A stretch of DNA of 64,000 nt from the NCBI GenBank assembly GCA_963714085.1, contig OY970229.1, forward strand, positions 96,001-160,000, written 5' to 3'. Of this stretch, positions 58,083 to 64,000 are shown piece after piece. The position numbers were made by a program, and so were the translations under genes. Numbering within the stretch: the stretch's first letter is position 1; each line of letters opens with the position of its first letter. The DNA comes from an uncultured Candidatus Micrarchaeota archaeon (GTDB taxonomy: Archaea > Micrarchaeota > Micrarchaeia > Anstonellales > Bilamarchaeaceae). The notes beneath the pieces were generated by a model. The model worked only from the letters and a program-made list of their open reading frames with translations, made no database searches and was not told the DNA's origin.

Positions 58083-59426
58083 ATGCTCGCAGCAGAAACG
58101 GCCAGGCGCACTCATATCCAATCAGCCGGCACGGCCCGTCCTGGACGCAAAGCATTGAGGCTCGTCGCGTGCGAGACGGAGACGATCCGCAAGCATCCAG
58201 CCAACATCAACGGGGCCCGCGGGAAGCCGCTGTCTGCGAAGGAGATGAGATACCTCGAAAGGCTCGCTGCAGAAAGGAAGGAGGTCATCGGGAAAAAGGA
58301 TGAGGCCGAGGTATCCGCGATATACCTGCGCGTGGTCTGGCGCATGGAGGAGCTGCAGGCGAAGCGGGCCACCAGGGCCGTGAGACTCGAACTCGAGCAG
58401 CTCTCCAATGCCAAGGGGCTTGCCGAGGGAATGGTCGTGAACGAGGCCGAGCTGCGGCAGCTCCGGGAAATCGCGGCGGAGAGGGCCAAGACGCTCGAGC
58501 CAGGAGTGGAACGGTACATCTGCACCATCTATCGGCGCGTGCACCCCCGCCTCATGAGTCTCAAGGAGGTCAACGAGGCGCAGAAAAAGATACCCGGGCA
58601 GCAGGGCTGCAAGGCCGAAAAGGAGCCCGGGCTCATCGAACGGGAGATCAAACGGCTCGCAGAGCCGAAGAGGCTTGTCGAGGATATAGTCACCACCGGG
58701 TTGAACGCGTTATTCTATGACAGGGCCCGGCGCATCTTAAGGTACCCTGATTCCATAGAGCGGTGCGATCTCGTCAATGAAACCAAGATTGCTGTCATAA
58801 ATAACGTCATGCCCCGTTTTGATCCGACCCTCGGTTACAGGCTGTCCACGTACTGCAACTTGCCGATGAACCGGGTCATGGTACGCTACGTACAGACTCA
58901 TAAGAGGGATATCAGGTGGCCGGTCTACATATGCGAGGCGATAGGCAGGTTGAGCAAGGCTTCGCAACTGCGCCGGAACCTGGAAGGCAGGGAACAGAGC
59001 ATCGAAGAAATAAGGAAAACCACGGATCTCCCCCCGAGCGTGATCGCAGCGTGCATGAGAGCGCCGCAAACGGTCAGCCTGAGCGAAAAGCTGCGCCACG
59101 GTGAAGGGAAGAAGCGGATCGACCGTATCGAGGATACAAGCAGCGTGAATCCGCTGGACGCGGTTTTCGATAGCAAAGCGAAGGATCTGGTGAACGAGTG
59201 CCTCGACGTACTCAGCCCGAGGTATGCGAGGATAATGCGCATGAGATACGGCCAGGACCAGACGCTCGACGCGATCGCTGACCGGGAGGGCATATCAAGA
59301 GAGAGGGTGAGGCAGATACTGGCCAAAGCCTTGAGGACGCTGCGCAGGAAGAATAGGATGAAGCTGTGCGATTTCTACGGGGGCAAACCGCCCTGTTACG
59401 ACCAGCAGGCTAATCTTGAGATGTAG
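58083..59426 (+). CDS. Divergent sigma70-family (RpoD/RpoS-like) protein B
   Basis: DLVNE, RFDPTLGYRLSTY, DIRWPV, GREQSIEEI, VSLS, IEDTSSVNP, LSPRYARIMRMRYG, QTLDAIADREGISRERVRQILAKALRTLR. Confidence 0.9.
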   Translation: MLAAETARRTHIQSAGTARPGRKALRLVACETETIRKHPANINGARGKPLSAKEMRYLERLAAERKEVIGKKDEAEVSAIYLRVVWRMEELQAKRATRAVRLELEQLSNAKGLAEGMVVNEAELRQLREIAAERAKTLEPGVERYICTIYRRVHPRLMSLKEVNEAQKKIPGQQGCKAEKEPGLIEREIKRLAEPKRLVEDIVTTGLNALFYDRARRILRYPDSIERCDLVNETKIAVINNVMPRFDPTLGYRLSTYCNLPMNRVMVRYVQTHKRDIRWPVYICEAIGRLSKASQLRRNLEGREQSIEEIRKTTDLPPSVIAACMRAPQTVSLSEKLRHGEGKKRIDRIEDTSSVNPLDAVFDSKAKDLVNECLDVLSPRYARIMRMRYGQDQTLDAIADREGISRERVRQILAKALRTLRRKNRMKLCDFYGGKPPCYDQQANLEM

Positions 59427-59488
59427 GCGGGCGCTGGAGAGCAGGGCCTGAACCAAAACCATAAATATCACCAGCCAGATAACCGCTC

Positions 59489-60154
59489 ATGAACAAAAAG
59501 GCGCTCGCGTCCATGGGCTGGATAATCCGGACCATGAGCACCGAAGCCGGAAAAAGAAATCCTCCGGTCAACAAGGTGGACAGGATAACCCGCAGCAGCC
59601 CGTTCCGCGCGCTCGTCTTCACGATCCTTTCAGCGAGGACGAAGGACGCGAACACCATCGCCGCGGCGGGAAGGCTGCTCGAAAAAGCACCGACCCCGAA
59701 AGCGCTCGCGCGCATGCAGATAAAGAAAATAGAAAAACTCGTGCATTCTTCCGGATTCTACAGGATGAAGGCCAGGAACCTCTCCGCCATGGCGAAGATG
59801 CTTCTGACGGATTTCAACGGCAAGGTCCCGTCCGATATCGAGAGCCTGGTGCGCCTGCCGGGCGTAGGAAGGAAGACCGCTAACATCTTATTGGTCTATT
59901 CCTTCGGCAAGGACGCCATTCCGGTGGACACCCACGTGCACAGGATAAGCAATAGGCTGGGCATAGTGAGAACGAAGACGCCGGAGAAAACGGAGAAGGC
60001 GCTCATGTCCGCGGTCCCGAAGAGGCTCTGGAAACCGCTAAACCACGCGTTCGTGTCCTACGGCCAGACCATATGCCTGCCCAGGAACCCGAAGTGCAGG
60101 GAGTGCAAACTGAACAGGGTATGCTGGAGAATCGGCGTGCGCTCCGGTATATAA
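59489..60154 (+). CDS. nth: Endonuclease III
   Basis: ILSARTKD, LPGVGRKTA, IPVDTHVHRI, C-x6-C-x2-C-x5-C Fe-S motif. Confidence 0.95.
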   Translation: MNKKALASMGWIIRTMSTEAGKRNPPVNKVDRITRSSPFRALVFTILSARTKDANTIAAAGRLLEKAPTPKALARMQIKKIEKLVHSSGFYRMKARNLSAMAKMLLTDFNGKVPSDIESLVRLPGVGRKTANILLVYSFGKDAIPVDTHVHRISNRLGIVRTKTPEKTEKALMSAVPKRLWKPLNHAFVSYGQTICLPRNPKCRECKLNRVCWRIGVRSGI

Positions 60155-60187
60155 CGGTTTATGCTGAAATCAGACCAGGTGTATAAG

Positions 60188-60304
60188 ATGAAAGTGCCTG
60201 CCAGCCACATAAAGCACATGAAAGACAAAAGGAAGTTCAACGAGAGCAAGGCTTATCTTGAGACGAAGAGGGACATGAACAAGCGCAGGAAGCGCAGGGA
60301 CTGA
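60188..60304 (+). CDS. Small highly basic protein (38 aa; alternative start 60161)
   Basis: Hand translation MKVPASHIKHMKDKRKFNESKAYLETKRDMNKRRKRRD*; fills the gap between nth and a convergent gene. Confidence 0.55.
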   Translation: MKVPASHIKHMKDKRKFNESKAYLETKRDMNKRRKRRD

Positions 60305-60308
60305 GCAG

Positions 60309-61418
60309 TCACGGAAGGCAGTTTATCGGCGGCATCTTTCGCGCCGGCTCGAACGAGTCCCCGATCAAGCCTGCGAACACCCGGGCACCTTTGATTTCGA
60401 CGCTACGGAGAACCGAAACCAATGGCGCATCGGCCGGGTTCTTCGGATTCTCCGCGATCCGCTCTATGCCGCGGGCGAAGAGCTCGTTCTCGTATATCCC
60501 GTTCAGCTGGGCCCGCAGGGACGCGAGCTCCTCCAGAGGCAGCTCAGGCACGGAGACCTCGGAGCCGAGGGAGCCGATCAGCCGCTTGAATTCCCGGAGG
60601 CCGCCCAGGACGCCATCGATATTCCCCATGGTGGAATCGACGTATCCCTTGAAATCCACCGAAGGGTCCGGCTTGTCGATCTCGGCGTCGAGGGCCTTGG
60701 TGGATTCGTTCCAGGCCATCAGAAGGTTGCCGGTCCGGACCAGGACCACGGCGCAGGATCGCAATGTTCTGGCATCCATGGACTCGCCACCGGAGTCGTC
60801 TATGGCGTCCATGCGCTCTTTTACCTTATCGTGCGAATCGAAGAAGGCGCGGATCAGCCGGCCTTCGATTTCCATGGAGCTCTTCATGAACACGGAGAAC
60901 GTGTCGAACAGATACCCTTCGAAGACCAGCTCAGACGTGGCGCTGGGCGTGGTCCTGTCCAGGGCTTGGGCAGCACGCTTCCGGTCGTCGCATCCCATGC
61001 GCTCCCAGAGGTAGTGACCCACCTCATGGTCCACGGCGCTGTTTAAGATGCGTTGGTCGTAGGTTATCTCGAAAGACGCGACCCGGCCGTCATCCTTGAA
61101 GCTGATCCGTCCCTCTAAAGACTGGAGCTTTCTGAGGTAAGCGGCCTCGGGCTCAGGCATGCGTCTCAAAATGGAGTCCGAAACCGCCCTCGGGACCAGG
61201 GAGACGGCGGGTATGGCGTCCGCCACCGGCTGGGGCCATCGCCCAAGCTCGCGCTCCACCGAGCCGCCGCGGCGTATGCCCTCGCACCGGGCATGCAGGG
61301 TCCCGAGCTCCTCCCTGATGGACCTTCTCTCCGCCATTATCGAAAGGCATTCGCGGGTCGCGGTAGCGGTAAGCGCCGTGATGGCGACTGCTGCGATGAT
61401 GCGATTGCGCGGCTTCAT
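60309..61418 (-). CDS. Exported hypothetical protein with HExxH zincin motif
   Basis: N-terminal MKPRNRIIAAVAITALTA signal; AVDHEVGHYLW and distal NELFAR; TTATAAATA box upstream. Confidence 0.65.
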   Translation of the reverse strand: MKPRNRIIAAVAITALTATATRECLSIMAERRSIREELGTLHARCEGIRRGGSVERELGRWPQPVADAIPAVSLVPRAVSDSILRRMPEPEAAYLRKLQSLEGRISFKDDGRVASFEITYDQRILNSAVDHEVGHYLWERMGCDDRKRAAQALDRTTPSATSELVFEGYLFDTFSVFMKSSMEIEGRLIRAFFDSHDKVKERMDAIDDSGGESMDARTLRSCAVVLVRTGNLLMAWNESTKALDAEIDKPDPSVDFKGYVDSTMGNIDGVLGGLREFKRLIGSLGSEVSVPELPLEELASLRAQLNGIYENELFARGIERIAENPKNPADAPLVSVLRSVEIKGARVFAGLIGDSFEPARKMPPINCLP

Positions 61419-61456
61419 GCGCTTATATTAATCACGACTATTTATAACTCACGCGG

Positions 61457-62356
61457 CTAGACCACGGTTGTGTAGAACGCATCGTAGCCGATCTTCTTTA
61501 TCGCCCGGATTATCTGCTCCGCGTGCTCCTGGTCCTTGGCCAGCGCGATGCAGCATCCACCGCCGCCCCCGCCCGTCAGTTTGGCGCCGAGCGCGCCGGC
61601 GTCCAGCGCGGCCCTGTTTATCCTGTCGTTGTCCTCGATGGAGACGCCCAGCTCCGAGAGGAGCGACTGGTTCTGGTTCATTATCTTGCCGAACGCCTCG
61701 AGCTTCCCCCTCTCCAGGTCCGCCTTGGCGTTGTGGCAGAGCTCGCGCGCCTCGTCGAGAAGCTGCTGGAACCCGTCCTCGTCCTTCTCCTTGAACTCGT
61801 TGACAAACGCGACCATCTTCGCGGTCGCGCCGAACTTGCCCGTCATGCCCACGGCCAGGTGCAGGGGCAGGCCGAGCTGGAAGCGGTCCAGCACGTTGTC
61901 CGAGTAGGACTTGCCCTTCGTGAACATGATCACTCCCCCGTAGGTCGCCATGGCGTTGTCTATGCCGCTCGGGTTCCCGTGGAACACCTTCTCGCCCTCG
62001 TACGCGAAGCGGTTGACCTGCGCGTCGTTAAGGTCCAGGTGGTGGACATAGGACATGTAGCGGACCAGCGCAACGGAGAACGCCGCGGACGAGCCCAGGC
62101 CCCCGTAGGTCGGCAGGTCGCTCTCCATGAAGACCTTGTACTTCTGCTTTATCCCCATGGCGTCGAGGATCGCGGCTATGGCGCGCCTGCTGATCTCCGG
62201 TACAACGTGGACGTCCGTGGATATGTCGTTGACCTGCGCCTCCTCGGCCCAGACGATCGCGCTGTTGGATATGCCCGCGGCTATCGCCGGGCTTCCGTGC
62301 ACCACGAAGTGCTCCCCGCAGAGTATGATCTTCCCGTAGCCTATGCCTTTGACCAT
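61457..62356 (-). CDS. mvk: Mevalonate kinase
   Basis: GKIILCGEHFVVHG, PTYGGLGSSAA, HGNPSGID, GAKLTGGGGGGC. Confidence 0.95.
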   Translation of the reverse strand: MVKGIGYGKIILCGEHFVVHGSPAIAAGISNSAIVWAEEAQVNDISTDVHVVPEISRRAIAAILDAMGIKQKYKVFMESDLPTYGGLGSSAAFSVALVRYMSYVHHLDLNDAQVNRFAYEGEKVFHGNPSGIDNAMATYGGVIMFTKGKSYSDNVLDRFQLGLPLHLAVGMTGKFGATAKMVAFVNEFKEKDEDGFQQLLDEARELCHNAKADLERGKLEAFGKIMNQNQSLLSELGVSIEDNDRINRAALDAGALGAKLTGGGGGGCCIALAKDQEHAEQIIRAIKKIGYDAFYTTVV

Positions 62357-62361
62357 TGTAA

Positions 62362-63222
62362 TCACGCCTTCGCTTTCCTTCCCCTCACCTTCGGGGGCTT
62401 TATGTCCGGATACGCGGACGAGAGCATCTCCGGGCTCGCGTAGGGCTTGAACCCCACTGTTTCGAACGTCTTGCAGATAACGTACGCGTCTGAGAGCCGC
62501 TCGCCCTTGAGCTCGGGCAGTATCACGCCCAAAGCTTCCACGAGGTTGCCGTAGGCCCTCCTTTTGCCGGACGCGGCCTTCGCGACCAGTGCGTCGTCCT
62601 TGACGGTCCCGCTCAGATCGAACGCCTTGTTCGCGGCGGTGTGGACCGCGCTCGCGAGCAGCGCGGAGACCTCGTAGTCCTTCACGTTATCCAGCCCGAG
62701 CTTCTTGATGCTTATCCAGCTCTTGTACTTGCCTACGAACATGATGACGTCCCCGGCCTCCTCCTTGCTCGGGACGATGGACGTCTTGGCTATGGAATCG
62801 CCCATGCGGAAGCTCACCTTCGCCTCCGTGAGCAGCAGGTTGAAGAAGCAGGATTCGGCTGCAGGGAGTAATTGGATACGACCGGCATAAGCATTAAAAC
62901 TCTTATCCTGGGCGATATTTATCGTCCCCCCATAGACAGGGCCTTGGCAGAATTTTTTCAGTTCCTCCTTGATTTGGCTCTGCGGACGGGATTTCAGGAA
63001 CGCGATGACCGCCTTCAATCCTGTGCCGGACGGCTTGGCGTACGCCCTTATCCCCGCGACGTCTATGCCCGAGAGCGCGAACGCGTAAGGTTCGGCCGCG
63101 TCGCACACCGCGCCCAGCACCTTCGCGACCTCCGAGTCGTCAGCGGACGCGAGCCCGTAGCGCAGCTCCTTCCGAAAATCCTTGTACGCCCCGGAGAGTA
63201 TTATCTCGTCTTCGCCTTCCAT
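62362..63222 (-). CDS. Conserved archaeal hypothetical protein (possibly DUF2666-like, internal duplication)
   Basis: MFVGKYKSWISIKKL...EVSALLAS echoes the N-terminal ILSGAYKDFRKEL...EVAKVL. Family name is tentative. Confidence 0.6.
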   Translation of the reverse strand: MEGEDEIILSGAYKDFRKELRYGLASADDSEVAKVLGAVCDAAEPYAFALSGIDVAGIRAYAKPSGTGLKAVIAFLKSRPQSQIKEELKKFCQGPVYGGTINIAQDKSFNAYAGRIQLLPAAESCFFNLLLTEAKVSFRMGDSIAKTSIVPSKEEAGDVIMFVGKYKSWISIKKLGLDNVKDYEVSALLASAVHTAANKAFDLSGTVKDDALVAKAASGKRRAYGNLVEALGVILPELKGERLSDAYVICKTFETVGFKPYASPEMLSSAYPDIKPPKVRGRKAKA

Positions 63223-63331
63223 CTTCCTGCCTCCGAATATGGATAGGAAGATGCCACGCACAATAATAAAAATCTACCCTTATAACAAAGACTGAAACAG
63301 CAGTCCACAGCGAGTGATGGGTTTTATTCAG

Positions 63332-63403
63332 GCCCTCGTAGCGCAGTGGTAGCGCGCGTCCTTGGTAAGGACGAGGTCACGAGTTCAAATCTCGTCGAGG
63401 GCT
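63332..63403 (+). tRNA. tRNA-Thr(GGT), intronless, no encoded CCA
   Basis: GCCCTCG/CGAGGGC acceptor, GCGC D-stem, CGTCC-TTGGTAA-GGACG anticodon arm, ACGAG-TTCAAAT-CTCGT T-arm. Confidence 0.97.
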
Positions 63404-63479
63404 TACTCCAGAACCAAACATGGGATGTTTTTGTTGGACGGCAGAGAGAAATTAAATATCTTTAGCAAGTAAGGAAAGT

Positions 63480-63839
63480 GTGGAAGAAAAAATTGAAGTG
63501 GCTGCGTTTCTGAAGTTACTCAAGCAGAAAACGAGAGATATAGTGTATACCAGGCACTCAATAGTCCAGGCCAGAAAAAGGAATCTGATCGGGGCAGAAT
63601 TGGATAAGATAGATACGTTTGAATCAGACATCCAGAACACCCCGTATCTTGTTGTTGAGCAAGTCTCTGAACATCCCGATGAGCGCAAGTTTAAGGTCTT
63701 CTATCGGTCGCCAGTCGGGGGATTCTTATGCTATGTGTTTGCGTTGGACGGGCAGATACGCGTTATAACTGCGCGCAGGGAAACGAAAAGCCTGCAAAAG
63801 AAGATTTTTAAAATAGAAAAGGAGAAAGGATATAGATGA
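63480..63839 (+). CDS. Putative BrnT/DUF4258-like ribonuclease toxin
   Basis: IVYTRHSIVQARKR at the N-terminus and IRVITA at the C-terminus; ATGA overlap with a DUF2283-like gene. Confidence 0.6.
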   Translation: MEEKIEVAAFLKLLKQKTRDIVYTRHSIVQARKRNLIGAELDKIDTFESDIQNTPYLVVEQVSEHPDERKFKVFYRSPVGGFLCYVFALDGQIRVITARRETKSLQKKIFKIEKEKGYR

Positions 63840-64000
63840 TGAAAAACATAGAGTATGATTCCGATGCTGATGCGATCGCAGTACACGTAAGAAGGGAAAA
63901 ATCAGACATAACCGCAGAGCTAACTGAGCACATCTCAATAGATATGACTAACGGCGGGAAGGTTGTTGGTCTTGAGATACTGGATGCAAGTGAAGAGATT
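63836..64000 (+). CDS. DUF2283-like putative antitoxin, truncated by window end
   Basis: Hand translation MMKNIEYDSDADAIAVHV...ISIDMTNGGKVVGLEILDASEEI (YD..AD / GLEILDAS pattern). Confidence 0.8.
   Translation, partial: MMKNIEYDSDADAIAVHVRREKSDITAELTEHISIDMTNGGKVVGLEILDASEEI

Noticed and set aside
56647..59426. Sigma genes as simple bacterial contamination
   Set aside because: They carry archaeal TATA promoters at the spacing seen for other genes here and are tied to a duplicated piece of the archaeal ipk gene. Not fully excluded without read mapping.

Overview
Archaeal chromosomal segment. Evidence: Alba, ABCE1/RLI, an intron-containing tRNA, TATA-box promoters about 30 nt upstream of ATG starts, and archaeal mevalonate-pathway genes. 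The compact layout with many orphan genes suggests a DPANN archaeon, possibly Micrarchaeota, but this is inference only. The window opens with two beta-helix surface proteins, one of ~3,200 aa carrying 17 mosaic HYR-like repeats. Housekeeping blocks follow: nucleotidyltransferase/DUF92/alba/rli; ccdA-thioredoxin-trxB-glutaredoxin; ilvE; an SPFH pair; aglH-like GT4 plus HMG-CoA reductase; the UbiX/UbiD/AcnX/IPK/MVK genes of the 'archaeal' mevalonate route; nth; tRNA-Pro(CGG) with intron and tRNA-Thr(GGT). Between them lie many divergent orphan genes, mostly with their own promoter and often in paralogous pairs. The most striking are two tandem near-full-length bacterial-type sigma70 homologues. 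They sit behind archaeal TATA promoters, lack the promoter-melting Trp dyad, have an internally duplicated region-1.2-like module, and are each preceded by a ~95% identical 83-nt block that includes the 3' end of ipk. Other orphans include two secreted lysozyme-fold enzymes (SLT/GH23-like and GH19-like), ankyrin proteins (one with a His/Cys protease-like domain) and several degenerate enzyme folds. Together they suggest, as a hypothesis, a set of proteins aimed at a bacterial partner or prey. An AT-rich toxin-antitoxin-like pair begins right after tRNA-Thr at the window end. All family calls come from motifs read by eye, not from database searches.
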